Assembly: GCA_963801815.1 (NCBI GenBank)
Contig: CAWDGJ010000002.1
Location: 32,001-96,000, forward strand
Length of the DNA: 64,000 nt
Direction: 5' to 3'
From: an uncultured Verrucomicrobiae bacterium
Lineage (GTDB): Bacteria; Verrucomicrobiota; Verrucomicrobiia; Chthoniobacterales; UBA10450
Of this stretch, positions 22,221 to 33,021 are shown piece after piece (positions within the stretch are counted from its first letter, which is position 1; each line of letters starts with the position of its first letter). The notes below the pieces were generated by a model. That model did not search any database, was not told the DNA's origin, and saw nothing but the letters and a program-made list of their open reading frames with translations. Position numbers and translations under genes: made by a program.

Positions 22221-23383
22221 ATGGAAATTTCCGAACGCGCAGCCCAATTGACTCCGTCGCTGACTCTGTCGATCGACAGCAAAGCGAAAGCGATGAAAGC
22301 CGAAGGTATCGATGTTTGCGGCTTCGGAGCGGGCGAGCCTGACTTCGACACACCGGAGCACATCAAGCAGGCGGCCATCGAAGCGCTGCAGGCCGGATTC
22401 ACCAAATACACACCGAGCGCTGGCATTCCGGAGCTGCGCGCTGCCATCGCGGAGAAATTGGCGGCCGACAACGGCCTCACTTACCGTGCAAGCCAGATCA
22501 TCGTCAGCAACGGCGCGAAGCATTCCTGTTACAACGCGGTCCTGGCCACGTGCCAGCCGGGCGATGAAGTGATTATTCCGGCGCCTTATTGGGTGAGTTA
22601 TCCCGACATGGTGCGGCTGGCCGGGGCCGAACCAGTCATCGTCCCGACAATGGAGCGCAACAACTGGAAGATGCGTCCGGAAGATTTTGAAAACGCGATG
22701 ACGCCTCGCACCAAGATGTTGATCATCAACAGCCCGGGCAATCCGACGGGCGCGGTTTACACGCGCGAGGAGCTGGAAGCGATCGTTGGCATCGCTAGCG
22801 GTGAAGACATTTACATTTTGTCGGACGAAATTTACGAGAAGCTTCTTTACGACGGCGCCAAGCACGTGAGCGTTGCATCGCTCTCGAAGGAAGCTTACGA
22901 CCTGACCCTGACGGTTAACGGTTTCAGCAAATCGTACGCAATGACCGGCTGGCGGCTCGGTTATCTCGCTGCGCCGGAAGCAGTCGCAAGAGCGGTCGAT
23001 TCCATTCAAAGCCACAGCACGTCGAATCCGTGCTCGTTCGGCAACGCGGCGCGCTTGCAGCCTTGAAAGGCGACCAGCAATCCGTCGCTGACATGCGAGA
23101 TGAGTTCGATATGCGCCGCAATTACATGATGGATCGCCTCTCGAAGATTCCGAACGTCACCGCAGTAAAGCCGCAGGGCGCCTTTTACGTTTTGGTCAAC
23201 ATCAGCCAGCTCGGCCTGACGTCGCAAAACTTCGCTGATCGATTGCTCAGTAAATCGAACGTCGCAGTTGTACCCGGCGCTGCGTTCGGTGATGATCGCA
23301 CCATTCGTTTCAGCTACGCGACCAGCATCGACATCATCAAAAAGGGTCTCGATCGCTTTCAGGACTTCTGCCGCACGCTTTAA
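22221..23383 (+). CDS. PLP-dependent class I (aspartate) aminotransferase, frameshift near 23040
   Basis: GEPDF, NSPGNPTG, SDEIY, GFSKSYAMTGWRLG; continues in ORF 23030-23383 (PQGAFY, VVPG, IRFSYA). One base is missing. Confidence 0.9.
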
Positions 23384-23401
23384 GCGGCAATATTTGCGGC
23401 G

Positions 23402-24070
23402 ATGAACCTCGCCAGTGTTTTGCCGGACAAAGCATCGGTTGTTCAACGAATCAAGGCCGAGCGCGCGGTCGCGGTCATTCGAACGGATTCAACCGAGCGT
23501 GCCCTTGTTCTGGCTGAAACGGCAATCGCTGGCGGATTTCGCGTGATTGAAATCACGTTCAGTTTTCCGGGTGCTAGCGCCGTGATCGCAACACATGCTG
23601 CGACAAATGACAAAGGGAACTTCCTTATCGGTGCAGGAACGATTTTGAACCGCAAGCAGGCGGATGAAGCAGTTGAAGCCGGCGCGCGATTTCTGGTGAG
23701 TCCGTGCGTTCTGCCGGAGGTGATCGACGCCGCACGCGAACTTCAGGTCGCTGTCATTCCCGGCGCATTCACGCCGACGGAAATTTACACCGCTTATTCT
23801 CTTGGCGCAGACATTGTGAAAATCTTTCCCGCGGTAAAGTTTGGACCTGAATATTTGAAAGCGGTTCGCGGTCCGCTGCCCCAAATTCCAATTATGCCGA
23901 CAAGCGGCGTTGACGCATCGAACGTCGGCGAGTGGTTTCGCGCGGGAGCAGTCGCCGTCGGCGCGGTGAGTAGCGTGTTCGATCCTGAATTGGTCCGGAA
24001 CGGCGATTGGGACGAAATTACAAGGCGCGCGAGAGAGTTCATGGCGGCCGTAAGCGCAGCGCGACAGTGA
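23402..24070 (+). CDS. eda: KDPG/KHG aldolase
   Basis: EIT, IGAGT, FLVSP, TPTE, VKIFPA, PTSGV. Confidence 0.9.
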   Translation: MNLASVLPDKASVVQRIKAERAVAVIRTDSTERALVLAETAIAGGFRVIEITFSFPGASAVIATHAATNDKGNFLIGAGTILNRKQADEAVEAGARFLVSPCVLPEVIDAARELQVAVIPGAFTPTEIYTAYSLGADIVKIFPAVKFGPEYLKAVRGPLPQIPIMPTSGVDASNVGEWFRAGAVAVGAVSSVFDPELVRNGDWDEITRRAREFMAAVSAARQ

Positions 24071-24094
24071 TCGAGCAGTAACGCGATTTTTCCC

Positions 24095-24129
24095 TTTCCG
24101 CTATCCGCATTCCGGTATCCGCTATCGAA
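24095..24129 (+). repeat. Degenerate tandem heptamers (TATCCGC-like x5)
   Basis: tttccgc tatccgc attccgg tatccgc tatcgaa, directly before the GH57 GTG. Confidence 0.65.
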
Positions 24130-25758
24130 GTGAACCATCTCGCGCTTATTCTTCACGCGCATCTGCCTTTCGTTAGGCACCCGGAGCACGAACATTTTCT
24201 CGAAGAAGACTGGCTGTTTGAAGCCATCACTGAGACTTACATCCCGCTGCTGCAAATGATGCAGCGACTCGTGAACGACAACGTGCCGTTCAAGCTAACC
24301 GTGTCGCTCACACCAACGTTGTGCGCAATGTTGCAGGACGAATTGTTGCGCGAACGTTATGTGCGGCATCTCGATCTTTTGATCGATCTCGCCGTCCGCG
24401 AGCGAAAACGAAATCGCAATGAAACCAAGCTCGCCGAGCTGTCGGAGTTTTATTTCGAATTATTCACCACGAGCCGGCGGTATTTTGTCGACGAATGGAA
24501 TCGCGATTTGCTCGCCGCGTTCAAGCAGTTGCGCGACCAAGGCGTGCTCGAAATCATCGGATCCGCGGCGACGCATGGGCTTCTGCCGCTGCTTCAACAA
24601 CAATCGAACGAAGCGGCGCGGGCGCAGGTCCTCATCGGCCGCGATGCATATTTCGATGTTTTCAGAGCCGAACCGTCCGGTTTTTGGCTACCGGAATGCG
24701 GCTACGCGCCGGGGCTCGATCCAATTTTACAGGAAGCAAACATTCGCTGGTTCGTTCTCGATGCTCACGGATTGTTATTTGGAAACCCGCAACCGCAGCG
24801 AGCGATTTACGCGCCGTGCTACACGAGAGCCGGCCCGGCAGCTTTTGCGCGCGACCGCAATTCGAGCCGTCAAGTTTGGAGCGCGGAAGAAGGTTATCCG
24901 GGCGATCCAGCGTATCGCGAATTTTATCGCGATGTCGGGTTCGACCTTCCGTTGGAACATCTGGGCCCGGTCGCCCGCGGCTTTCGAAAATTTTCCGGCG
25001 TGAAATACCACCGGGTCACCGGGCGAAGAAAACAAAAGGAACTTTACGATCGAGTAGCAGCGGAGAAAGCGGCCGACGCGCATGCTACGCATTTTCTCCA
25101 GGAACGCCGCGCCCAATTCCGGCAACTCGCAAATCTCGATTTCGCGCCAATCATCGTCGTGCCGTTCGATGCCGAGCTTTTCGGTCATTGGTGGTTTGAG
25201 GGACCGCGCTTCCTGGAAATCTTCATTCGGAAAGCAGCGTTCGATCAAAAAGATTTTTACCTGACTACTCCGACCAATTACCTGGCAGCCAATTCCACGC
25301 AGCAAACGATTGAGCCTGCCGAATCGAGTTGGGGCGAGAACGGCTATCTGGAAGTTTGGATCGACCAGCACAACTCGTGGATCTATCCGCACCTGCACGG
25401 TTGCGCCCAACGGATGACAAATTTGGCGCGCAAATATGCAGGAAAGGACCTCAATAGCGTTTCTCAAAACTTGACTGGTTTAACCAGTCAAGTTTCCGGT
25501 GGGCTATCTGACTTGAGCGATCGTGTTCTCAAACAACTCGCCCGCGAACTACTGCTCGCGCAATCGAGCGATTGGGCGTTCCTGATGCGGACCGGCACCG
25601 CGCGCGAATACGCCACCAAGCGCACGCTCGATCACCTTGGCCGCTTCAATCAGTTGCACGACCAATTCGCGGCCGACACAATCGATGAAATATTCCTCGC
25701 CGATTGCGAGTGGCGCGACAATCTTTTCCCGAACCTCAACTGGCGTTATTACGCGTGA
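24130..25758 (+). CDS. GH57 1,4-alpha-glucan branching enzyme (DUF1957)
   Basis: LHAHLPFV, WLFEAITETY, GFWLPEC, FDAELFGHWWFEG, QSSDWAF. Confidence 0.93.
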   Translation: MNHLALILHAHLPFVRHPEHEHFLEEDWLFEAITETYIPLLQMMQRLVNDNVPFKLTVSLTPTLCAMLQDELLRERYVRHLDLLIDLAVRERKRNRNETKLAELSEFYFELFTTSRRYFVDEWNRDLLAAFKQLRDQGVLEIIGSAATHGLLPLLQQQSNEAARAQVLIGRDAYFDVFRAEPSGFWLPECGYAPGLDPILQEANIRWFVLDAHGLLFGNPQPQRAIYAPCYTRAGPAAFARDRNSSRQVWSAEEGYPGDPAYREFYRDVGFDLPLEHLGPVARGFRKFSGVKYHRVTGRRKQKELYDRVAAEKAADAHATHFLQERRAQFRQLANLDFAPIIVVPFDAELFGHWWFEGPRFLEIFIRKAAFDQKDFYLTTPTNYLAANSTQQTIEPAESSWGENGYLEVWIDQHNSWIYPHLHGCAQRMTNLARKYAGKDLNSVSQNLTGLTSQVSGGLSDLSDRVLKQLARELLLAQSSDWAFLMRTGTAREYATKRTLDHLGRFNQLHDQFAADTIDEIFLADCEWRDNLFPNLNWRYYA

Positions 25759-25765
25759 GTGAACT

Positions 25766-25862
25766 TGTCATTCCGAGCGACGTCGAGGAATCTCTCGATA
25801 TTGTCTGGTCGTAACTAGGCTCGGAAATATCTAGAGATGTCTCGACTCCGCTCGACATGACA
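25766..25862. repeat. TGTCA-ended palindromic repeat element (97 bp)
   Basis: TGTCATTCCGAGCG..GTCGAG..ATCTCT.GATATT / AATATC.AGAGAT..CTCGAC..CGCTCG..ATGACA; imperfect arms of about 37 bp. Confidence 0.85.
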
Positions 25863-26570
25863 AAAGTATCCGTACTAACGCCTTTGCTCGCACTTTCCGT
25901 GGTAACCGCGTTCGCACAGGAATCCCCCACTCTTGCGCCCACGCCTTCACCGATTGAAACGCCATCAGCGTCGCCAGTACCCACACCATCCGCTTCAGCG
26001 AGTGCGCGCAGTGTTCCACTGCGATTCGTTCCGCCGCCAATGGAAGGCACGATCAGTCTCGGAATTTGGGATTCGAACGATAAACTCGTGCGCGTTCTGC
26101 ACCGCGAAGCGAAGATCGACCGCTTCACCGTGGAAGAAAATTCGTTGAGCACGACGTGGGACGGCAAAAACGACACGGGCGAAGATTTGCCTACGGGAAA
26201 ATATCGGGCACGTGGTTATTTGGTCGGAAAGATGAAAATTGAAGACATGGGAAAAGTAGCGGCACCTCCGGAAGGTGCGACTGACCATGTTTCAGTGAAG
26301 CTCGTGATGAATCCGCTTGTCGCCGATACGCGTTCTGTCATGGAGATTGGTGTCGGGTTCGACCCTCAAGGAAATTTTCTTAAAACGATGGACGGATTGC
26401 CGCTGGAGACCATCAATGAAAATCCGAATTTAACTCGGATAGTCATGCAAAAAGATGGCGAGAAAGCGGCGGACGTTTGGCAGGATGATGGCGCGAATAT
26501 CGAGCACCTGCGTGTGTCGAACATCGACAAGATGATGGCGTTCGATTGCGGGTTTTTTGATTTAAGGTAG
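25857..26570 (+). CDS. Secreted protein with a FlgD-Ig-like domain
   Basis: Signal peptide, Pro/Ser/Thr linker, SLGIWDSNDKLVRVL...WDGKNDTGEDLPTGKY. Confidence 0.7.
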   Translation: MTKVSVLTPLLALSVVTAFAQESPTLAPTPSPIETPSASPVPTPSASASARSVPLRFVPPPMEGTISLGIWDSNDKLVRVLHREAKIDRFTVEENSLSTTWDGKNDTGEDLPTGKYRARGYLVGKMKIEDMGKVAAPPEGATDHVSVKLVMNPLVADTRSVMEIGVGFDPQGNFLKTMDGLPLETINENPNLTRIVMQKDGEKAADVWQDDGANIEHLRVSNIDKMMAFDCGFFDLR

Positions 26571-26646
26571 GGCCGTTGCCCCACGGCCCACGGACGATTG
26601 TGGGCGATCGCCCCTACCTCGGCCTCGACAGAGCGTGGGGACTACA
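26565..26646. repeat. GTAG-type REP cluster
   Basis: AGGTAGGG...CCCTACCT inverted pair with internal hairpins, plus a third copy ending GGGGACTACA. Confidence 0.75.
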
Positions 26647-26661
26647 GTTTAGTTAGGCCCC

Positions 26662-27993
26662 ATGGCTTCCGCGCCTGAAGTTCAGCACACGCTCGCAAAA
26701 TCCGCCGGATTCAGCGGAACGTCGCTTCACACCGGCGAAAAGGTCTCGCTGAAGCTGCATCCGGCGCCGGCCGATCACGGAATCAAGTTCAAACGCAAGG
26801 ATCTGGCCGGATGAGCCAACGATCGACGCCAAGATCGAGAACCTGAAAACGGTCGAGCGCGCGACCACGATCGGCGAAGGCTCAATGCGGGTGCACACGG
26901 TCGAGCACGTGCTCTCGGCGCTCTCCGCGATGGGCGTCGACAACGCGATCGTCGAAATGGACGCGAACGAACCGCCGATTGGCGACGGCAGCGCCAAACC
27001 TTACGTCGATGTGATCAAACGCGCCGGCATTTCAGCTCAGGACGCTCCGCGGAGATTCTTTCACGTTCGCGAGCCAATGCACGTCGAAACGAAAAGTGGC
27101 TCGCTCCTATTCTGCTTGCCGGACGACAACGGATTTCGCATCTCCTGCACGCAAGCGGGACCGAACAATCGCTTCACCCAGTTCATGTCGACCGACATCA
27201 CTCCGGAGATTTTCGAGCGCGAGATCGCGCCGGCCCGAACGTTTGTTTATTACGAGGACGTCGAGCCGCTGATGGAAAAAAATCTGATCAAGGGCGGCAG
27301 CCTGGAAAATGCGATCGTCGTGCGCGGCGACGCGGTCTTGAGCAAGGAGCCGTTGCGATTTCCCGACGAATTCGTCCGGCACAAGATCCTCGATATCATC
27401 GGCGACCTCGCGCTCTTCGGTTGCAGGATTCGCGGACATGTGATCGCAGTGAAACCCGGGCCACGCCGCGAACGCCGAACTGGCACGCGCACTTGCCAAG
27501 GAACGCGCGCGCCGCGAGGCGCTGACTGTTCCGCGCAGCTTTCCCGAAAGGCGACGGCGGTCTCGACATCAACGAGGTGATGCAGATCCTGCCGCATCGT
27601 TATCCGTTTCTGATGGTCGATCGAATCATCAGCTTCGACGAAGGCGAAACGAAATGCATCGGCGTGAAATCAGTCACGATCAACGAGCCGTTTTTCCAGG
27701 GACATTTTCCCGGTCACCCGGTGATGCCGGGCGTTCTGCAGGTCGAAGCGATGGCCCAGGTCGCCAGCTTGCTGCTCTTTAAACTAACCAAGTCGTCGAA
27801 CCGCATCGGCTATTTCATGAGCGCCGACGACGTGAAGTTTCGCAAACCGGTTTTCCCCGGCGACACGCTCTTCATTCACGCGGAGCTGACCAAAGCGCGC
27901 GGCGAAAGGCTGGCCAAAGCGAAGTGTCACTGCGTGGTGAACGACGCGGTCGTCTCGGAAGGCGAGTTGATGTTCACGTTTCTCGATAAATGA
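26662..27993 (+). CDS. lpxC: Bifunctional LpxC/FabZ, with three apparent +1 frameshifts
   Basis: QHTL...LHTG; TVEHVLSAL, HKILDIIGDL; LPHRYPFLMVD, FFQGHFPGHPVMPGVL. Shifts near 26805, 27460 and 27545, all in short G/C runs. Confidence 0.9.
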
Positions 27994-28768
27994 GCGACGT
28001 GCAGATTCATCCGACGGCGATTGTCGATCCGAAGGCAGAGATTGGCTCGGGGACAGTCATCGGACCGTATTGCGTCATCGGCGCAGACGTCGTGGTCGGG
28101 GAAAATTGCTGGCTGCAACATCACGTCACGTTGCGGACCGATGCAGGCCGGTGCGCGGAACAAATTTTACGCCTATTGCTCGATCGGTCAGCAAACCCAG
28201 GATCTGAAATACGAGGGCGAACCGACCTATCTGGAGATCGGCGATGAAAATACGTTTCGCGAATTCGTGACGGTCAATCGCAGCACGACCAGCGATGGAC
28301 AAGACCCGCGTCGGCAGCCGTGGAAATTTTCTGGCCTACAGTCACATCGGTCACGATTGCACGGTCGGCGACGAAGTGGTGTTTTCAAACAACGGCACGC
28401 TCGCCGGTCACGTTCAAGTCGGCGACAACGCGGTGATGGGCGGACTAACCGCGGTCCATCAATTCTGCCGGATCGGACGTTTCGCGATCACCGGCGGCTG
28501 CTCGAAAATCGTGCAGGACGTTCCGCCGTTCATGATCGCGGACGGAAACCCGGCCGAAATTCGCGGCGTGAATCTGATCGGCCTCGAGCGCAAAAATTAT
28601 CCCGCCGACAAAGTGAAGCCGATCAAGGAAGCATTCCGCCTGATTTACCGCTCTAAATATAATACCGCGCAGGCGTTGGAAGCCATCCGCAAGGAACTTC
28701 CGCAAACCGAGGAGATCCGAGAGATCGTCGAGTTTATCGAAAAGACCGAGCGCGGGATTATTCGTTAG
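27990..28768 (+). CDS. lpxA: UDP-N-acetylglucosamine acyltransferase, two frameshifts
   Basis: IHPTAIVD, QDLKY, FREFVTVNR, HIGHDC, AVHQFCRIG, DVPPF spread over three frames (shifts near 28133 and 28298). Confidence 0.92.
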
Positions 28769-28774
28769 GCCAGA

Positions 28775-30466
28775 CTAGAATTTCACGCGCACCTTCGGCG
28801 TCGGCGTCGGCGTCGCGCCCGGAACAGGCGCCGGGACGCCGCGGAGTTCCTGTTCGAGCTGTTTAAGAAGCGGCGCGGCTGGCGCATCGCCGGCAATTCG
28901 CAGCGCCGCCCGTAATAAATCGAGGCCGCGACTCGGTTTCTTGAGTTTATTCCACGCGTCGGCTTCCTCGATAGTCACGCGCAAAATGTCGTCGCGGGTC
29001 GAATAACAAGTCCGCGCCTGGCCAAAATAGCTGGTGGCTGCGGAAAACTTTCCGTCGCCGAATTCCATCAGGCCGAGATCTTCGATCATCGGACAGTTAC
29101 CCGTCCGTGACGCGGTTTGTCGCGCGAACGCACGATAATCCGCGCTCTCGGCGAAGTTTTTGGCTGCAAAGTCGTGGTAAGACTTCCAATTGATCGCGCC
29201 ACGAGCGTAGTCCCGCGACGTTTCAACTTCCGTCCATCCGAGATATGGCCGGTAAAGCGGATCGCCCACCATCACCGACATCCAGGAAAGTCCCGGGATC
29301 GACATGTAGGCGCTCTCGGCAAAGGTGAATCCGTGCAGCAATCGCTCGTTAAAGATGTCGAGATGAGAAGTGAGTTGTAAATACGGCTCGAAGACGTTTC
29401 CCATGCTTGCAGCCGCGCCCAACGACAGCAACGGTCCCACCCAGTTCGCACGTGGATCGCGCAACGTGCTCGCGCTATAGGAATGGATATGAACCGCGAT
29501 CGCTCCTCGAGCGAAATGAAAACCGGACTGTGCAAAAACACCTATTGGATGATCCGAGTACCAGCCATAATACAACGCGCAATCCGTCATCGGGTAGCCT
29601 TCGGGAAACATTTGGGGCGAATCGTCATAAACAACCGGAATGCCTGTTTTGTGAAGTTGCTGACGAATCAGCGCGAGCCATTCATCCCCCATGGTACGGC
29701 TGGAATCGCCCGAGCTCCCACCCGCATCCACATAAGCGCGGCCCCAAAGTCCATTTTTTTCAGTCGCAATCGCATCAATGACCATCTGTTTCACCGTCGC
29801 CGCGGTTGGCGCATCCAGGCGACAGACTAACAAAAGCGCAGGGTCTTCGGATTGATTGATCGGCTGAAAACTTTTGAAATAAGAGTTAAGCCGCGCGCCT
29901 GAAATCTGTGGCGAAAAATATCCGAGCGTTGCCAGTTCGGAATCAACCGAAGCTTCATTGCGATCCTCGATTGGGCCGCCGCCGCGGCGATCGCCCGGAT
30001 ATGGCTCGAGCGCGGCGCGAATCTTCAACGGCATCCCTCGGATCAACGCGACGAAGCGGATCGACGTCGTCATCACCGCCTCCTGATGGTCTTCGGTCTC
30101 GCGCATGGTCCACCACTGTTTCGCTTTGAAGATCTCGCGGAGGCGATTGGCGATTGTCGCGTCGTATTCGTCGCGGCTGATTTCTTCCGCCCGCGAACAG
30201 GTCAATCCGACGATGTGATCGAACGGAATCCCGCGCTTCTGTGCATAAAATCTTGCCAGCTCTACCGCATCAGGCGCCGTTTTGTTGTAAACGATGACAG
30301 TTGCTGCTGTCAGCGGCTGCTCGGCGCGCGCAGTTTGCGCACCTGCCGAGACACACGCGATCAATGAAATCAAAAAGCGAGAGACTTTGGGACCTTTGCT
30401 CCCGAAAGCTTTCGGAGTTGAGCGTTGGCGATCGAGTTGGCAAGCTTTTGAAGATCGCACTTTCAA
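28775..30466 (-). CDS. TIGR03790-family exported protein
   Basis: LARFYAQKRGIP, ASVDSEL, LVCRLDAP, YYGWY, GAIAVHIHSYSA, GNVFEPYL, GDPLYRP. Start uncertain. Confidence 0.8.
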   Translation of the reverse strand: MKVRSSKACQLDRQRSTPKAFGSKGPKVSRFLISLIACVSAGAQTARAEQPLTAATVIVYNKTAPDAVELARFYAQKRGIPFDHIVGLTCSRAEEISRDEYDATIANRLREIFKAKQWWTMRETEDHQEAVMTTSIRFVALIRGMPLKIRAALEPYPGDRRGGGPIEDRNEASVDSELATLGYFSPQISGARLNSYFKSFQPINQSEDPALLLVCRLDAPTAATVKQMVIDAIATEKNGLWGRAYVDAGGSSGDSSRTMGDEWLALIRQQLHKTGIPVVYDDSPQMFPEGYPMTDCALYYGWYSDHPIGVFAQSGFHFARGAIAVHIHSYSASTLRDPRANWVGPLLSLGAAASMGNVFEPYLQLTSHLDIFNERLLHGFTFAESAYMSIPGLSWMSVMVGDPLYRPYLGWTEVETSRDYARGAINWKSYHDFAAKNFAESADYRAFARQTASRTGNCPMIEDLGLMEFGDGKFSAATSYFGQARTCYSTRDDILRVTIEEADAWNKLKKPSRGLDLLRAALRIAGDAPAAPLLKQLEQELRGVPAPVPGATPTPTPKVRVKF

Positions 30467-30497
30467 CCGTCATCCCTCATCGCTCAACCTTTTCGAG

Positions 30498-32156
30498 ATG
30501 TCCACCGCTCTCAATTTACTTCGAATCAAAAATCTTGCGCTCGTTGAAGAGCTCGAGTGGCAGATCGCACCCGGATTCACCGCCATCACTGGCGAAACCG
30601 GCGCCGGCAAGTCGATCATCATCGGCGCGCTGCAACTTCTGCTTGGCGAACGCGCGGACAAATCGCTGATCCGGACTGGAGCTGACACCTGCACCGCGGA
30701 AGCGATTTTCACGGGAAGAGAATTACAGAAACTGAATCCACAGCTGGTCGAGGCGGGGGTCGAGGAATGCGCTGAAGATCTGATCATCAAGCGAACGCTT
30801 TCCACAACGGGCGCAAATCGACAGTTCATCAACGGCTCGCCCACTACGTTGTCCATTCTGAAGATCGTGGGCGATGCGTTGGTTGATCTTCACGGTCCGC
30901 ACGATCATCAATCGCTGCTCTCGCCGGACAAGCAGCTCAATCTGCTCGATTCGTTCGCGAGAGCTGAAGAGCAACTCGATGAATACAAAAAACATTTTCG
31001 CGAGTTACAGACGTTGACGGCCGAGCACGCGGCTCTCAACACCGCTGAAACCGCGCGAGAACAGGAACTGGATTTACTTCGCCATCAAATCACCGAGATC
31101 AATTCCGCGAATCTCGTCGCCGGCGAAGAAGAAGAAATCGAGAAACGCTACAAACTTTCCAGTAGCAGCAAACGATTGATCGAGCTGGCGAGCGCGGCGG
31201 CAAACAAACTCTCGGAAGCGGACGACTCGGTCCTCTCCCAGCTCGCCGAAACTCAACGCCTAGTTCGCGAATTGGAAAAGATCGATAGCTCGGCAGTGCA
31301 ACTGGCTTCCGAGCACGCTGCGGCCGTGGTGCAGCTGTCTGAGATCGCGCGTTCTCTGTCCGATTACGCAGAGAAACTCGACCTCGACCCCGAACAGCTC
31401 GCTGCGCTCGAGCAACGGGTTTCACTTTTCGAAACTTTGAAACGCAAGTATGGCGGATCGATCGCGGAAGTGATCGCGTTCGGTGAACGAGCAGCTGAAC
31501 GGATGCGGAAGATTGAAGGCCGCGACGAGGAACTCGAGCGCTTGGCCAAAGAGATCGAGAAAGTTCGCGGACAGATGAATCGCACCGGCGAGGCCCTGGG
31601 AAAACTGCGCGCGAAAGCAGCTCCGAAGCTTTCCGACACGATTCGCCGGAATCTTCGTGATCTTGGATTCAAGCAATCTGAATTCGAAGCGAAGCTCAGT
31701 GCGCTTGATGAACCAAACATCAACGGCTTCGATTCAGTCGACCTTCTTTTCTCGGCGAACCCAGGCGAGCCACTAAAGCCGTTGCGAGTGATCGCCTCGA
31801 GCGGTGAAATCTCGCGCTTGATGCTCGCGATCAAGTCCGCGCTCGCTGCGCACGATTCAATCCCTCTTCTGATCTTCGACGAGATCGACACCAACGTCGG
31901 CGGCGAGATCGCGCACGCGGTCGGCGCGAAGATGCAAATGCTCGCGAACGAACATCAGTTGATTTGTATCACCCATCTGGCACAAGTCGCGGCCTGCGCT
32001 TCATCGCACTTTGTCGTCACGAAGGAAGTCTCGCGCGGCCGCACGTTTTCGAACCTGCGCGAAGTCAGCGGCAAAGCCCGCCAGGAAGAGATCGCTCGCA
32101 TGCTCGGCGGCAAGAGCGACTCCGCGATGCAACTCGCCGCAACGCTACTGAAGTGA
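30498..32156 (+). CDS. recN: DNA repair protein RecN
   Basis: LRIKNLALVE, ITGETGAGKS, HGPHDHQ, ASSGEISR, FDEID, ITHLAQVA. Confidence 0.96.
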   Translation: MSTALNLLRIKNLALVEELEWQIAPGFTAITGETGAGKSIIIGALQLLLGERADKSLIRTGADTCTAEAIFTGRELQKLNPQLVEAGVEECAEDLIIKRTLSTTGANRQFINGSPTTLSILKIVGDALVDLHGPHDHQSLLSPDKQLNLLDSFARAEEQLDEYKKHFRELQTLTAEHAALNTAETAREQELDLLRHQITEINSANLVAGEEEEIEKRYKLSSSSKRLIELASAAANKLSEADDSVLSQLAETQRLVRELEKIDSSAVQLASEHAAAVVQLSEIARSLSDYAEKLDLDPEQLAALEQRVSLFETLKRKYGGSIAEVIAFGERAAERMRKIEGRDEELERLAKEIEKVRGQMNRTGEALGKLRAKAAPKLSDTIRRNLRDLGFKQSEFEAKLSALDEPNINGFDSVDLLFSANPGEPLKPLRVIASSGEISRLMLAIKSALAAHDSIPLLIFDEIDTNVGGEIAHAVGAKMQMLANEHQLICITHLAQVAACASSHFVVTKEVSRGRTFSNLREVSGKARQEEIARMLGGKSDSAMQLAATLLK

Positions 32157-32227
32157 CGGGTGACCTGTGACACGTGACAAGCGGCCGCCAAGATTTTCTC
32201 GTCACCCCTCACTTGTTACTTGTCACT
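32152..32227. repeat. Inverted heptamer arrays (GTGACnn x4 / nnGTCAC-like x4)
   Basis: gtgacgg gtgacct gtgacac gtgacaa ... tcgtcac ccctcac ttgttac ttgtcac, between convergent recN and satP. Confidence 0.75.
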
Positions 32228-32230
32228 GTT

Positions 32231-32809
32231 TTAAGTCTTCGCCGCACCGAGCGGAAGAATGACTTTGCCGTAGAGCTCGTTCAGTACCTGGGCGAGGCCG
32301 GTATAGACGGCGGAGAAACCGCAGAAGACTCCTTCCCATCCCGTGAATTGCTTAAACCCGGGACTCGCACTCGTGTAATCGCCGTAGGCGAGCAGGAAAA
32401 ACAAAATCGTCAGCGAACCGAACACGATTTGTCCTGCAACGTGCAACCGCAGCGTTCCGATAAACATCACCAGCGTGAACAATCCCCACATGAAAAGATA
32501 CGCCGCCATCGCTTTCTCATTCGACGCGGTGGCCCAGCCGAGTTTCGTCATCAAGATCATAGTGACGAGCGATAGCCAGAAGAGTCCGTAGGAAATAAAC
32601 GCTGTCGTGGCGAAGGTGTTGCCTTTTCGCCATTCCATGATTCCAGCGATGACTTGCGCAATTCCACCGTAACAAATGCCCATTGCGAGAATCATCGCGT
32701 TCAGTTCGTACAAGCCGGCATTGTGCAAATTCAGGAGCACAGTCGTCAGGCCGAAACCGAGAAGACCAAGCGGAGCCGGATTACCAGTCGTGTCGCGGGT
32801 GTCGTTCAT
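32231..32809 (-). CDS. satP: Acetate uptake transporter (GPR1/FUN34/YaaH family)
   Basis: [27 protein letters not shown]; 6 TM helices. Confidence 0.92.
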   Translation of the reverse strand: MNDTRDTTGNPAPLGLLGFGLTTVLLNLHNAGLYELNAMILAMGICYGGIAQVIAGIMEWRKGNTFATTAFISYGLFWLSLVTMILMTKLGWATASNEKAMAAYLFMWGLFTLVMFIGTLRLHVAGQIVFGSLTILFFLLAYGDYTSASPGFKQFTGWEGVFCGFSAVYTGLAQVLNELYGKVILPLGAAKT

Positions 32810-32862
32810 GTCGCCAGTCTGTCGAACCCAAGATCGACAATGCAATCAGAAATCTCATTTCC

Positions 32863-33007
32863 ACCACGAAGAACACGAAGGACACGAAGACCGAATTTGA
32901 TGTGTTATCGAAGAACGGTTCGGCGGAGCCTTGGGCCACGCGCCTTTCCCGAATCTCATAGCGAAACTAGTCGTGAAATCCTTCGTGCTCTTCGTGTCCT
33001 TCGTGGT
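32863..33007. repeat. Inverted nonamer arrays (CACGAAGnn x3 / CTTCGTGnn x3)
   Basis: accacgaagaacacgaaggacacgaag ... cttcgtgctcttcgtgtccttcgtggt. Confidence 0.85.
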
Positions 33008-33021
33008 TTAAGATTCACGAC

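Noticed and set aside
26662..28768. Programmed frameshifting or true pseudogenes in lpxC/fabZ/lpxA
   Set aside because: Too many shifts, no slippery-site pattern, and the genes are normally essential; sequence error is more parsimonious.
30294..30497. ORF-track N-terminal extension of recN
   Set aside because: Overlaps the opposite-strand gene; RecN homology starts at ATG 30498.
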